Positions 49,404 to 60,075 are shown, numbered from the stretch's first letter. The stretch: DNA of 64,000 bases from Candidatus Latescibacterota bacterium (GCA_965206595.1 OZ242214.1:3712001-3776000), one strand, 5' to 3'. Numbers and translations are program-made. Notes: a model not told the origin generated them from the letters alone.

Positions 49404-49622
49404 ACTCTCTTCGAGATCTCGACGATCTCACCCGTGTCGTGTCGACCTTGGGGGATGGTGGTTGTTTTTCGCATCCTCGCGGTGCCCGAGGTGGATCAGC
49501 AACGCGCCCGGAGCAAGGGGTCACTCCAATCGCCCGCTAATTCCACCATACGTACTGTACTCCATCCAATCTTGACATCCAAGGAAAAAAAACGGGGCAT
49601 CCATGGCGCCAAGCCGGCCGCA

Positions 49623-52600
49623 ATGAGTACTATCGCCTCGATGTCGTTCTCTGGATTTATACTCCGGCCGTTGCTGCGCTACTTGTCGCCGCTCCTGTAT
49701 GCCCTCGTGCTGGCGGTGCAGCCTGTCCACGCAAAGGTCGACTTTGCCTCGGTCCGGGACCTGGTTTCCGAGGAGCGCGTGACCGGGACTCTGGCGCACT
49801 TCGCCGGGCAGGAATCCCGTGTGGCGGGATATCCCGGTGCCGACGCGGCTGCCCGCTACATCCGGGAGACCTTCCGGGAGATCGGGCTGGCCGGAATCGA
49901 GGTCCACGAATACGACGTCTCCGTTCCGGTGGAGAAAACCCCCGGCAGCATCCGGGTCGCCGCAACGGGAGAGACCGCCCCGCTACACGGCCTGTGGCCC
50001 AACCTGGTCAAGACCTCCACCATGCCCGAGGGCGGGAGAATGGCGCGCCTTATCGACGGCCGCGACGGCTCCCATGCCCATCTCGACGGCAAGCAGGTCG
50101 AAGACGCGGTGGTGCTGATGGACTTCAACACCGGCGACGCCTGGCTCAAGTGCGCCTACCTGGGAGCCGCCGGAGTAATCTTCATCGAACCGGACTCCAC
50201 CGTGTACCTGGAGGGTGAGCGCAAGTTCCTGACGATGCCTCTCGACCTGCCGCGCTACTGGGTGCCCCGGGAAGAGGGATTCCTCCTGCGCGAGCGCATC
50301 GCCATGAGCCCCGCGGGCGAGGTCGAGGTGCACATCGAGTACCGCATGGAGTGGGAGCGGCGTCCGGCGTGGAACATCCTCGGGACCATCCCCGGGACCG
50401 GTTCGCAGCTCCGGGACGACGCCATCGTTCTCGAGTCGTACTACGACGCCATGTCCGTGGTGCCGGCGCTGGCGCCCGGCGCCGAACAGGCCGCCGGCAT
50501 AACTGCGCTGATTGAGCTGGCCCACTACTTCCGCCGGAACCCACCGAAGCGCACCCTGGTCTTCCTGGCGACCTCCGCCCATCATCTCGGCCTGCGCGGG
50601 ATCGACGATTTCATCCAGCGTTACCTGCGCCGCGAAGACCCGTTCGTCGACCGCATGCTGATCCGCCGCGTCGTAGAGGCGGCGCTGGCGCGGGACCTGA
50701 TCGAGCAGGACGGCGTAAAATACCGCCTCGGCAGCCGGGAATTTCTCGGCAAGGAGGGACTGGTGCGCCGCGTTTCCGATGGGGACTCCACCCTGGTCCG
50801 CGGCGTCGTTCTTGCCGCTATCGAGGAAGGGCTCATCGCCCGGACGCGCGGTCAGTTCGCCTATGACGGCCGCCGATTCCAAGGGGTGGACGCCCTGGTC
50901 GAAAAGCTGATGGACGACGGCGATCTGCTCCTAGCGCTCTACGGGGACTGGGTCGATCCCAAGGTCGGCTCGCTCTCCGTCAAGCTCTTCATCAGCCTCG
51001 ACCTGTCGACCCGGACCGACGAGCTGGGCGTCTGGAACAGCAACTCGGAGTTCTACTTCCAGCGCTACTTCGCCCCATTCGGCAAGAGGTTCATGGGATA
51101 CGCCCGCGAACTGGGCAGCGCCCTGGGGTACCGCCCCGAAGACGTGCTCGTTAACGGCATCAGCCCCGGAGGAGGGATGAGCTGGGATTCCTTCGTTCCC
51201 GGCGAGATCTCCGTAAATAGCGAGGTGGTTCTGGCCACCGGCACGCCGGCTCTGGCCTTCGTCACCGTCAACGATGCCCGCTTGGTCGTCGACACCCCCC
51301 TGGACCGCCTGCCGGGGGTCGACGTCGACAACCTCGCCCGGCAGATTCGCGCCCTGGCCGGAATGTTCCACATGGCCTTCGACGATGCGGACCTGTTCCC
51401 GGATTTCAGGATGCGGCTGAAGGATTCCCTGGGATCGCTCACGGCGCGGACCATGGTCTTCCCGAGGCACAGCCTCGTACCCGACCTGCCGCGCGCCGGG
51501 GCGGTCGGGGTAGTCCGCACCGGCAGGAAGAAATCGAGCAAGGGAGTGCGGGGCGAGTTCGTGGAGATCGTCGACGACGACGGCGCCTTCTACATCAACC
51601 GCGTCCGCATGGCGGAGCACGGGATCAGGCACCTGCAGATCGAGGGGTACTACACGGACCCGGCCACCGGACAGATCACCTACGCCCCGGACCGCGGCCA
51701 GCAGGGCGGCTCTTACTCCATGAGGGTCGCCATGGACTGGCGCGACAAGCACTGGCAGGTGGTGCTGTTCCCGTGCCGCGCCTACAACCTCTTCGACCTG
51801 GTCGATCCCCAGTACCTGACCAAGCTGTCCCGGATCGCCGTGTTCAGCGAGGCCAACACCGCACCCATGGAATACGGGTACACCCTCGGTGAAGGGCCGT
51901 CGGCCAGGGACGAGCCGGTGGGGGTGCTGTTCGCCCGCGACGGGGACCGCATCAAGCTCGGGCTGGGCGCCGACATCCTCGGGTTCCGCTACCTGCTGCT
52001 CAACTCGGCGGTCTCCGACGACACCGGCCTAGCGCTGGGCCGCGGCTACAGGATCGCCCCCGGAACCTCGTTCGCCCGCACTACCTATCTCGCGGCGCGC
52101 GACATGTGGAATCTCGACGAAGCGCGCATGCGCGAGCTCAGCGGTTTCGGCATCGAGAACCGCCGTCTCGGCAGCCTGCACCGGCAGGCGCGGGTCCACC
52201 TCGAAGCCGCCGGGCAAGCGATGGAGCAGCGCCGCTGGAGCGAGTTCGTGCGCCGCACCCGCGCCGCCATCGGGCTCGAGTCACGCGCCTATCCCGACGT
52301 CAAGGGGACGCAGAACGACGTGGTCCGCGGCATCGTCTTCTTCATGGCGCTGGTCATTCCGTGCGCCTTCTTCGCCGAGCGCCTGCTTATATCCGCGGCG
52401 ACGATCAGGAACCAGATCATCGGCTTCGCCGCGGTGTTCCTGGCGATCTGGGTCATCCTGTCCCTGGTCCACCCCGCGTTCCAACTCGGCAATCCCTTCG
52501 TCATCCTGTTGGCCTTCGTCATCCTGGCCCTGGCGGTGCTGGCCATCTCCATCATCAGCGGACGCTTCAACGAGCAGATGAAGAAGCTGCGCACCGAGGT

Positions 52601-54443
52601 TGCCGTCATTCACGATACCGACGTGAGCCGCTCGGGGGCCTCCCTGGCCGCCTTCCAGCTGGGAATCTCCAACATGAAGCGGCGTAAGCTGCGCACGGCG
52701 CTGACGTTCGTCACCCTGATGCTGTTGACCTTCACGGTGCTCTCGTTCACCTCGATCCAGACCTCTCTCGAGTTCTACGAGTTCCGGCGCGACAGCGAGG
52801 GCCTCTACCAGGGCATGCTGATCCGCAACAAGGCCTGGACCCCGCTGGAGGAGTCGGTCCTGGAGTACGCCGACAACGCCTTCGGCGGCATCGCCGCGGT
52901 GGCTCCGCGCAGCTGGTACGGCCACAAGGACAGGGTCCACATCAAGATGAAGCGCGGCGACAAATCGCATAACGCCCTCGGCGTCCTGGGCCTGACGCCT
53001 CAGGAAGCCGCGGTGAGCGGGCTGGACCGGGCGCTCGTCGCCGGCCGCTGGTTCCGCGAGGGGGATGAGGACGTCTGCATCCTTCCCGACGACATGATCG
53101 CCGCGGACAGGCTCGACGTCGACCTGGAGAAAGTGGCGGCGGGGACGGAATCCATCCGCGTTTTCGGCGAGATGTTGAAGGTGATCGGCGTGATCGACTC
53201 CAGGATGGTGGAGGATCTGAAGGACCTGGACGGCGAGATGCTGACCCCGGCGGACTTCGCCGGCACCAGCGGTCTGACGGTGATGGAGATGGCCGACGAG
53301 GAGCGGCGGGAGCGACAGGGCATGTCGGGGACCAACGTCTCCATCGAGCCGTTCTCCCATCTCGATGCAGCCAACGTGCTCTTCATCCCCTACCGCCTGC
53401 TGCGCAACGTCGGCAGCGGCAATCCGCTGCAGTCGGTGGCGGTACGCTTCGACGAGGGTGTGGACGAACGCGAGCATATCGAGAAACTGCTGTCGCGCCT
53501 GGCGTTGACGCTTTTCGCCGGCATCAGGGAGGAGGGGGACGAGCAGATCCAGGTGTCGGTCTACAGCTCGCTGGGCATGACCGGCTTGGCGGGGGTGGCC
53601 AACCTCTTCATCCCCATTCTCATCGCCTCGCTGATCGTGCTCAACACGATGATGGGCAGCGTCTACGAACGCTTCCGCGAGATCGGCATCTACTCTTCCG
53701 TAGGGCTGGCTCCCGGCCACATCGCCTGGCTGTTCATGGCCGAATCCTGCGTCCACTCCGTGCTCGGCGTGGTGGCGGGGTACCTCGCCGGCCAGACGAT
53801 CGCCGCACTGCTGGTGGCGTTCGACCTGCTGACCGGCTTCACGTTGAACTACTCGTCGCTGGCCGCGGTCTTCTCCTGCATTCTGGTTATGGCGGTGGTG
53901 CTGCTTTCCACCCTGTACCCGGCGCACAAGGCCTCGCAGATGGCGGTACCCGACGTCACCCGCAAGTGGCAGCTGCCGCCATCCGAGGGCGACAACTGGA
54001 ACTTCGAATTCCCCTTTACCGTAAGCGGCCACGAGGTTCTGGGGCTGTCGGTGTTTCTCGCCGGGTACTTCGACTCGTACAGCGAGGAATCGATCGGCAC
54101 GTTTTACACGGAAGGGGCCGCGCTGAACAGGATCGAGACGGAGCACGGCGAGGGCTACAGCATCTCCATGGTCATCGGGTTGGCACCCTTCGATCTCGGC
54201 GTGAGCCAGCACGTCGTGTTCCGGGCTGTGCCCGAGCCTGAGCACAACATCTACGCCATCACCCTCGCAATCCGCCGCATCAGCGGCGAGGACGCCTCCT
54301 GGCGCAGGGTCAACCAGCGCTTCATAAACGTCATCCGCAAACAGTTCCTCATCTGGCGCACCATAGATCTCGAGGCCAAGGCCGGCTACAGGGTGCAGGG
54401 CGAGGAGATCCTGTCCGGCACGCGGGCAGGGGCGAGGGCCTGA
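49623..54443 (+). CDS. Fusion of M28 peptidase-like/PA domain with FtsX/MacB-like permease (about 1600 aa)
   Basis: SRVAGYPG, NILGTIPG, PKRTLVFLA (M28 fold); GISNMKRRKLRTALT, GRWF, LNTMMGSVYERFREIGIYSSVGL (FtsX permease). Start at 49623 or 49641; the ORF extension to 49071 overlaps exbD. Confidence 0.87.
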   Translation: MSTIASMSFSGFILRPLLRYLSPLLYALVLAVQPVHAKVDFASVRDLVSEERVTGTLAHFAGQESRVAGYPGADAAARYIRETFREIGLAGIEVHEYDVSVPVEKTPGSIRVAATGETAPLHGLWPNLVKTSTMPEGGRMARLIDGRDGSHAHLDGKQVEDAVVLMDFNTGDAWLKCAYLGAAGVIFIEPDSTVYLEGERKFLTMPLDLPRYWVPREEGFLLRERIAMSPAGEVEVHIEYRMEWERRPAWNILGTIPGTGSQLRDDAIVLESYYDAMSVVPALAPGAEQAAGITALIELAHYFRRNPPKRTLVFLATSAHHLGLRGIDDFIQRYLRREDPFVDRMLIRRVVEAALARDLIEQDGVKYRLGSREFLGKEGLVRRVSDGDSTLVRGVVLAAIEEGLIARTRGQFAYDGRRFQGVDALVEKLMDDGDLLLALYGDWVDPKVGSLSVKLFISLDLSTRTDELGVWNSNSEFYFQRYFAPFGKRFMGYARELGSALGYRPEDVLVNGISPGGGMSWDSFVPGEISVNSEVVLATGTPALAFVTVNDARLVVDTPLDRLPGVDVDNLARQIRALAGMFHMAFDDADLFPDFRMRLKDSLGSLTARTMVFPRHSLVPDLPRAGAVGVVRTGRKKSSKGVRGEFVEIVDDDGAFYINRVRMAEHGIRHLQIEGYYTDPATGQITYAPDRGQQGGSYSMRVAMDWRDKHWQVVLFPCRAYNLFDLVDPQYLTKLSRIAVFSEANTAPMEYGYTLGEGPSARDEPVGVLFARDGDRIKLGLGADILGFRYLLLNSAVSDDTGLALGRGYRIAPGTSFARTTYLAARDMWNLDEARMRELSGFGIENRRLGSLHRQARVHLEAAGQAMEQRRWSEFVRRTRAAIGLESRAYPDVKGTQNDVVRGIVFFMALVIPCAFFAERLLISAATIRNQIIGFAAVFLAIWVILSLVHPAFQLGNPFVILLAFVILALAVLAISIISGRFNEQMKKLRTEVAVIHDTDVSRSGASLAAFQLGISNMKRRKLRTALTFVTLMLLTFTVLSFTSIQTSLEFYEFRRDSEGLYQGMLIRNKAWTPLEESVLEYADNAFGGIAAVAPRSWYGHKDRVHIKMKRGDKSHNALGVLGLTPQEAAVSGLDRALVAGRWFREGDEDVCILPDDMIAADRLDVDLEKVAAGTESIRVFGEMLKVIGVIDSRMVEDLKDLDGEMLTPADFAGTSGLTVMEMADEERRERQGMSGTNVSIEPFSHLDAANVLFIPYRLLRNVGSGNPLQSVAVRFDEGVDEREHIEKLLSRLALTLFAGIREEGDEQIQVSVYSSLGMTGLAGVANLFIPILIASLIVLNTMMGSVYERFREIGIYSSVGLAPGHIAWLFMAESCVHSVLGVVAGYLAGQTIAALLVAFDLLTGFTLNYSSLAAVFSCILVMAVVLLSTLYPAHKASQMAVPDVTRKWQLPPSEGDNWNFEFPFTVSGHEVLGLSVFLAGYFDSYSEESIGTFYTEGAALNRIETEHGEGYSISMVIGLAPFDLGVSQHVVFRAVPEPEHNIYAITLAIRRISGEDASWRRVNQRFINVIRKQFLIWRTIDLEAKAGYRVQGEEILSGTRAGARA

Positions 54444-54482
54444 CAGGATGCCCCCCGGTTCTCATATCATGGGATACCCCCA

Positions 54483-57317
54483 ATGAAGTCGATAAGGAGG
54501 ATCATGGCTGGCAGACGGGGCCGCTGGACGCTGGCCGCGGCGCTGCTGGGCGCCGTAACGGCGGCGCTCACGCTGGCCACGGTGTACACCAACTGGCTGT
54601 GGTTCCAGAGCCTCGGCCTGGAGTCCGTCTACTGGCGCACGATGCGCGCGCGCCTTTTCGCGGGCGCCTTCTTCGGTCTCGTGGCGGCGCTGCTCATCGC
54701 CCCCAACCTCGCCCTTGCCCGGCGGTTCACGCGCCGGCTTCTCAACACGGGCTCGCCCTGGGGCCCCGAGGGAGGGCCGCTCGACCCGCTGCTGCGCTCC
54801 CGCTCCGCTTACCTGGTTGCCGGGGCGATACTGGTCTTGCTGATGGCGCGGATCGGCTCGGGCCAGTGGCTGCTGTGGCTGCGCTTTTTTCACGACCAGC
54901 CCTTCGGCCTCGTCGACCCGATCTTCGCGCGGGACATCGGCTTCTACGTCTTCGAGCTCCCCTTTCTGCGCTTCGTTTCCGGCTTCCTGCTCGGGGGCCT
55001 CATCCTGTCGCTGGTCGCCGTCTGCGTCGTCTACCTCTCCGGGGGCGGCATCCGCTTTCAGGAGAAAATCACCGTGCTGCCGCTACCCGGGGCGCATCTG
55101 TCGGTCCTGGCAGGCCTGTTCCTCCTCGTCATGGCCTGGGTGTACCGGCTCAAGATCTTCGGGCTGTTGTACTCCGACGACTGGGTGGCGTTCGGGGCCG
55201 GTTACGTCGACGCCAATGTCCAGGTTTGGATCTACCGGCTGCTCGTGCCGCTGTACCTCGCCGCCGGAGTGATGCTTTTCGTCGGGGCGAAACCCGGGAG
55301 CGGGCGCCGGCCCCTGCTCGCCGCCGTCGCCCTGGTGGTTGCCGCCATGCTCCTGGGCATCGTCCCGTCGTCGCTGGTTCAGTCTTTCGTGGTCGAGCCC
55401 AACGAGCTGGCGCGGGAAGCTCCCTACATCCGCCACAACCTGGATGCCACGCGGCGCGCCTTCGGCCTTGACCGGATCGAGGAGCAGACCTTCGCCGGGT
55501 CGGATGAGCTCACCGCGGCGGACATCCTCGCCAACCCCCTTACCATTCGCAACGTCCGCATGTGGGATGAGCGGCCGCTGGTTCAGACCTTCCAGCAGGT
55601 CCAGGAAATCCGCCCGTACTACCTCTTTTCCGGGGTGGACGTCGACCGCTACACGGTGGACGGAGTCTACCGCCAGGTCATGCTGTCGGCGCGCGAGATG
55701 GCCGCGGACAGGCTGCCTCCCCAGGCGCGCAGCTGGGTCAACGAGCGGCTGCAGTACACCCATGGCTACGGCATCGCCATGAGCCCGGTGAACCACGTCA
55801 CGCCCGACGGCCTGCCCGAGCTGCTGGTTCGCGACATCCCGCCGGTGTCCGCGGCCGGCCTGGAGATCGACCGCCCGGAGATCTACTACGGCGAGCTTAC
55901 CCGGTCGTACGTGGTGATAAACACCGGCGCCCGCGAGTTCGACTACCCCAAGGGTGCCGAGAACGTGTTCTCGACCTACGCCGGCAAGGGCGGTGCGCCC
56001 ATCGGCGGACTGTTCGGCCGCGCCGCCTTTGCGCTGCGGTTCACGGACCTCAACATGCTGCTCAGCAACTACGTCACCGACGAGAGCCGGGTGATGTTCC
56101 GCCGCCAGATCGCCGCCCGGGTGCGCGCCGTCGCCCCCTTCCTCCAGTACGACACGGACCCGTACATGGTCATCTCCGAAGGACGGCTCTACTGGATGTT
56201 GGACGCCTACACGACCACGGACATGTACCCCTACTCTTCGCGCGGCGGGCGGTCGCCCATCAACTACATACGCAATTCCGTGAAAGTGGCGGTCGATGCC
56301 TACAACGGCTCGCTCGACTTCTACAGAGTGGACCGGGAGGATCCGCTCATGGCGGCCTACGCCGAGATCTTCCCGGGGCTGTTCCAGCCGCTGGAGGCGA
56401 TGCCGCCCGATCTGCGCCGGCACCTGCGCTACCCGCGCGACATGTTCAAGTACCAGGCGATGATCTACCGCAGCTATCACATGCAGGACGTGCGGGTTTT
56501 CTACAACCAGGAAGATCTGTGGGCCATCCCCAACGAGATCTACCGCGACCGCCCGCAGCTGATGGAGCCGTACTACATCGTCGTCAAGCTGCCCGGCGAG
56601 GAGCGCGAGGAATTCATGCTCATGGTGCCCTTCACGCCGGCGCGGAAGGACAACATGATCGGCTGGCTGGCGGCGCGTTGCGACGCGGACAACTACGGCG
56701 GGCTGCTCGTCTACCGGCTCCCCAAGGATCGCATGATCTTCGGACCGATGCAGCTCGAGGCGCGCATCGACCAGCAGCCCGAGATCTCGAGCAAGCTCAC
56801 CCTCTGGGGACAGAAGGGATCCGAGGTGATCCGCGGCAACATGCTGGCGATTCCCATCGAGCAGTCGTTTCTGTACGTCGAGCCGGTATACCTGCAGGCC
56901 ACCCAGCAGCCGCAGAGCTCCCGCATGCCGGAACCGGGGACCGTCGGGATGGGACGGCCGGAAGCACCTGGGCGGCCGAGCTATCGCAGCACCGCGATTC
57001 CCGAGCTGAAGCAGGTGATCGTCGCCTTCGGCGGACAGGTGATCATGCGCGGCTCGTTCGAGGAGGCGCTTGCCGAGATCTTCGGCATGGTTTCAGAACC
57101 GGACGCCCCCGTGGAAGCGGAGGCCCCGCCGGCGGGAGGCGTCGCGGCCGCGGCATCGCTGCACACCGCGGCGCAAATGGTCTCGGAGGCGGATGCCCAC
57201 TTTCACGGCGCCCGGACAGCGCTGCAGGAATGGGACTGGACCCGGGCAGGGGAGGAGCTGGAGGCACTCGAGGCCACGCTGAACGAGCTGCGCGGCGAGC
57301 TGGAACGTCAACCCTAG
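54483..57317 (+). CDS. UPF0182 family membrane protein
   Basis: WLWFQSLG, DPIFARDIGFYVFELP, VDVDRY, YTHGYG, NYIRNSVK, RYPRDMF, VIRGNML. Confidence 0.93.
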   Translation: MKSIRRIMAGRRGRWTLAAALLGAVTAALTLATVYTNWLWFQSLGLESVYWRTMRARLFAGAFFGLVAALLIAPNLALARRFTRRLLNTGSPWGPEGGPLDPLLRSRSAYLVAGAILVLLMARIGSGQWLLWLRFFHDQPFGLVDPIFARDIGFYVFELPFLRFVSGFLLGGLILSLVAVCVVYLSGGGIRFQEKITVLPLPGAHLSVLAGLFLLVMAWVYRLKIFGLLYSDDWVAFGAGYVDANVQVWIYRLLVPLYLAAGVMLFVGAKPGSGRRPLLAAVALVVAAMLLGIVPSSLVQSFVVEPNELAREAPYIRHNLDATRRAFGLDRIEEQTFAGSDELTAADILANPLTIRNVRMWDERPLVQTFQQVQEIRPYYLFSGVDVDRYTVDGVYRQVMLSAREMAADRLPPQARSWVNERLQYTHGYGIAMSPVNHVTPDGLPELLVRDIPPVSAAGLEIDRPEIYYGELTRSYVVINTGAREFDYPKGAENVFSTYAGKGGAPIGGLFGRAAFALRFTDLNMLLSNYVTDESRVMFRRQIAARVRAVAPFLQYDTDPYMVISEGRLYWMLDAYTTTDMYPYSSRGGRSPINYIRNSVKVAVDAYNGSLDFYRVDREDPLMAAYAEIFPGLFQPLEAMPPDLRRHLRYPRDMFKYQAMIYRSYHMQDVRVFYNQEDLWAIPNEIYRDRPQLMEPYYIVVKLPGEEREEFMLMVPFTPARKDNMIGWLAARCDADNYGGLLVYRLPKDRMIFGPMQLEARIDQQPEISSKLTLWGQKGSEVIRGNMLAIPIEQSFLYVEPVYLQATQQPQSSRMPEPGTVGMGRPEAPGRPSYRSTAIPELKQVIVAFGGQVIMRGSFEEALAEIFGMVSEPDAPVEAEAPPAGGVAAAASLHTAAQMVSEADAHFHGARTALQEWDWTRAGEELEALEATLNELRGELERQP

Positions 57318-57534
57318 TTGCCGGGCATTTCGTATGGGCGGTGGCCTGCCCTTGCGACCGGGCGCTGCGTTTCGCTTACTCGCCCTCGTCCATCCCAGTC
57401 AGCCCGTTGAATAGGCTCATCTCCATTCGGCGGCGGCCGCTGGAGAAACCTTCTTTTTCCACGGGCTGCCGCATTGCGAGCGGGGCGCCTCGGCGTCCCA
57501 ATTTTGTCAATCTATCTCTGCGGCGGGTCACTAG

Positions 57535-57563
57535 TTGCCCAGCATTCCGCAAGGGGGTATAAC
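57535..57563 (+). promoter_or_regulatory. Candidate sigma70 promoter
   Basis: TTGCCC-N17-TATAAC, 27 nt upstream of ATG 57591. Confidence 0.55.
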
Positions 57564-57590
57564 CGCAAACTCGAAAGGAATTGAAATCCC

Positions 57591-58382
57591 ATGCTCAAGA
57601 TTGGCTGCAACCACCTGAGTCTCAAGGACACCGACATCGAGGCATTCATCGAGACCGCTCGCGATCTGAGATTGGATTGCGTCGACTTCCATCAGCGATC
57701 CTTCGCTTCGACGGACCCTGACTACCTCCGCGGCATCAAGCTGCTCTGCCTCAGGTACGGACTGCCGATAGGGTACATCGGTGTCAGCGGTCTCCCCCTG
57801 GGGACGGATGAGGAACGGCGGGGATTCGTGGCCCAGTGCCGGAGCGCGACCGACCTGGCGGCCTTCCTCGGATCCCCGATCATCCGCGTGTTCTGCAAGG
57901 CCGAGCCGGAAAAGGGGGCCGATGGCGAAGATCCCTGGCCGGCGATGATCGGCGGCTACCAGGAGATCGCCGACTACGCCTCTGCCAAGGGAATAGCCGT
58001 GGGGCTGCAGAACCATCCATCGACGAGCGATGTCATGCTGCGCATCTGGCGCGAGACCGACCGCGGGAACTTCACCTTCATAATGGATACCGGCCAATGG
58101 ATCGGGTCGCCCGGCTCGTACCCGCGCGGGGAAGCTCCGAAGGTCGACTTCTATCGATTCATGGAGGAGATCGCACCGCATGCCATGTACGTGCGCACGA
58201 AGTTCTACAGGATCGAGACGGGTCGGGACGAGTGGCTCGACTACGAGCGCATCGTACCGATACTGAAAAAGGTCGACTACAACGGCTGCATATCCATCGT
58301 CTACGAAGGGGAAGCGGAAGACCGGGTCGAGCAGGTGCGCAAGGCCGCGGTCTGTCTGCGCGAACTCCTTGCGGGTTACTGA
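57591..58382 (+). CDS. Sugar phosphate isomerase/epimerase (xylose-isomerase-like TIM barrel)
   Basis: LGSPIIRVF, VGLQNH, MDTGQW, YNGCISIVYEG. Confidence 0.88.
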   Translation: MLKIGCNHLSLKDTDIEAFIETARDLRLDCVDFHQRSFASTDPDYLRGIKLLCLRYGLPIGYIGVSGLPLGTDEERRGFVAQCRSATDLAAFLGSPIIRVFCKAEPEKGADGEDPWPAMIGGYQEIADYASAKGIAVGLQNHPSTSDVMLRIWRETDRGNFTFIMDTGQWIGSPGSYPRGEAPKVDFYRFMEEIAPHAMYVRTKFYRIETGRDEWLDYERIVPILKKVDYNGCISIVYEGEAEDRVEQVRKAAVCLRELLAGY

Positions 58383-58448
58383 ACGGACACCCGTGAGTAA
58401 CGGGCGCAGTTTCCGTCTGAGGCTTTTGTCCGGAAAGGAGCACAGATC

Positions 58449-60023
58449 GTGAGGGTCAGGCCATGGGAGGTTCCCGTCGGCGAGCGCCAGCTCTTTCTCG
58501 ATCTCCAGGGCGTATCCAGCCACGAGAACCTCAACCACACGCTCCACCAGCCGCAGAAGAAGGGCCCCGTCATCGAACCCGAAGGGGCGGGCAGCGTGCA
58601 GACTCGATGCGCCCCGTCATGGGTCCCGGAAGACCGGTGCTACAAAATCTGGCTCGCCGAAAAAGACGGTATCTCCCTCGCCGAAAGTCAGGATGGCCTC
58701 AACTGGGTCAGGCCCGTCCTGCGATGCCGCGAATACGGCGGGTCCCTGGAAAACAGCCTGCTCTCCCCTCTGTGTGGAGAGCAGGTGATCTACGACCCGC
58801 ACGACCCCGACCCCTCCCGCCGCTACAAGAGCATGAAGCTGCGCGGTGTCAGTGAACGCATGGTGAGTCCCACCGGCGCGCACTGGCGTTTGACGGAGAA
58901 TCCGTGGCGACTCGCCTATCCGGACCGGCATGTATTGAACGACCCCTCGGAGTACCAGTTGAGCTGGGTGATCCAGGTCGAGGAGCATCCCGATGCCGAA
59001 CCAGAAGAGCGCTTTTCCGGCAGAGGGAGATTTCAGACCCACGACCTGACGGTCAGTGCGGACGGCATTCACTGGCGCAAGCTGGATTGCCGCAGCCTGC
59101 CTTCCGGCGATGAGGCAAACCTCAGTCACGACGGGATCACGGGGACCTACCTCGCTACGCTGAAGGAAGGCGAGATGGGTCCGTACGGACGCTCAGTCGC
59201 CCTGGCCACCAGCTCCGACTTCGAGCATTGGAATGGCCCCAGCCTCGTCTTCCACGCGGACCGGGAGGACCAGCAACTCGCCCGGCAGGTGATCGCCGAA
59301 CGCCTGGCCAACCCGAGGCTGCAACAGCCGCAGCACAACGTGCCTGCCGAATACATGGTGGATGTCTACAACATGGGGGTCAGTCGCTACGAGGGTCTCT
59401 ATGTCGGCATGGCCGCTTTCTTCTACCACACGGCAAACGTCAATGAGAACTCGGACGGTTTCCATCACGTCCAGCTCGTCTGCAGCCGGGATTTGCTCAG
59501 CTGGACACGGCTGGGCGATCGCAGTCCATTCATCGGTCCCTCGGAAGTGGGCTCGGGTGCCTGCGACCTGACCCAGATCATGCCGCCCTCGAGACCTGTC
59601 CTCATCGAGGGCGAGCTCTGGTTCTACTACATGGGAGCCAAGTATCGCAGCGCTCCTCCCGATGCAGATGAGAGGAGCGGCGCCATCCATCTGGCGACGA
59701 TGCGGCGAGACGGATTCATGTCGCTGGATGCCGGTGCCCGAGAGGGCGTCGTGACCACCGACCGCTTCGCTCTCGACAGTCCTTGGATCTGGGTCAATGT
59801 CGATGCCGGCCACGGCTCACTCATGGTCGAGGTCGTAGACGGCGGCTCGGTGGTGGCGCGGTCGAAGGAGGTGAGAGGAGACCAACTGCGTTTTCCCCTG
59901 CAATGGGAATCCGGCGACCTGCGGGCTCATGTGCATCGCTTCATACAGCTGCGGTTCAGGATGCACAATGCCGCACTCTATTCGTATTGGCTCGACTCGG
60001 CAGCAGAAGATCCTCCGCGGTGA
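58449..60023 (+). CDS. Glycoside-hydrolase-like beta-propeller protein (GH32/43/130-like fold)
   Basis: RQLFLD, repeated Asp-box motifs (SQDGLNW, SADGIHW, SSDFEHW, SRDLLSW), ELWFYY, RRDGFMSL, LYSYW. Confidence 0.75.
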   Translation: MRVRPWEVPVGERQLFLDLQGVSSHENLNHTLHQPQKKGPVIEPEGAGSVQTRCAPSWVPEDRCYKIWLAEKDGISLAESQDGLNWVRPVLRCREYGGSLENSLLSPLCGEQVIYDPHDPDPSRRYKSMKLRGVSERMVSPTGAHWRLTENPWRLAYPDRHVLNDPSEYQLSWVIQVEEHPDAEPEERFSGRGRFQTHDLTVSADGIHWRKLDCRSLPSGDEANLSHDGITGTYLATLKEGEMGPYGRSVALATSSDFEHWNGPSLVFHADREDQQLARQVIAERLANPRLQQPQHNVPAEYMVDVYNMGVSRYEGLYVGMAAFFYHTANVNENSDGFHHVQLVCSRDLLSWTRLGDRSPFIGPSEVGSGACDLTQIMPPSRPVLIEGELWFYYMGAKYRSAPPDADERSGAIHLATMRRDGFMSLDAGAREGVVTTDRFALDSPWIWVNVDAGHGSLMVEVVDGGSVVARSKEVRGDQLRFPLQWESGDLRAHVHRFIQLRFRMHNAALYSYWLDSAAEDPPR

Positions 60024-60075
60024 CGCCGCGCCGGAAGAAGAGTACAGGAGGTCTCGATGAGAGTTTGTGCAGCAT

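Noticed and set aside
49071-49622. N-terminal extensions in the ORF track (also 5090-5524, 14766-15056, 43340-43579, 30291-30461)
   Set aside because: They overlap neighbouring genes or intergenic elements and precede clear signal peptides or RBS-supported starts.
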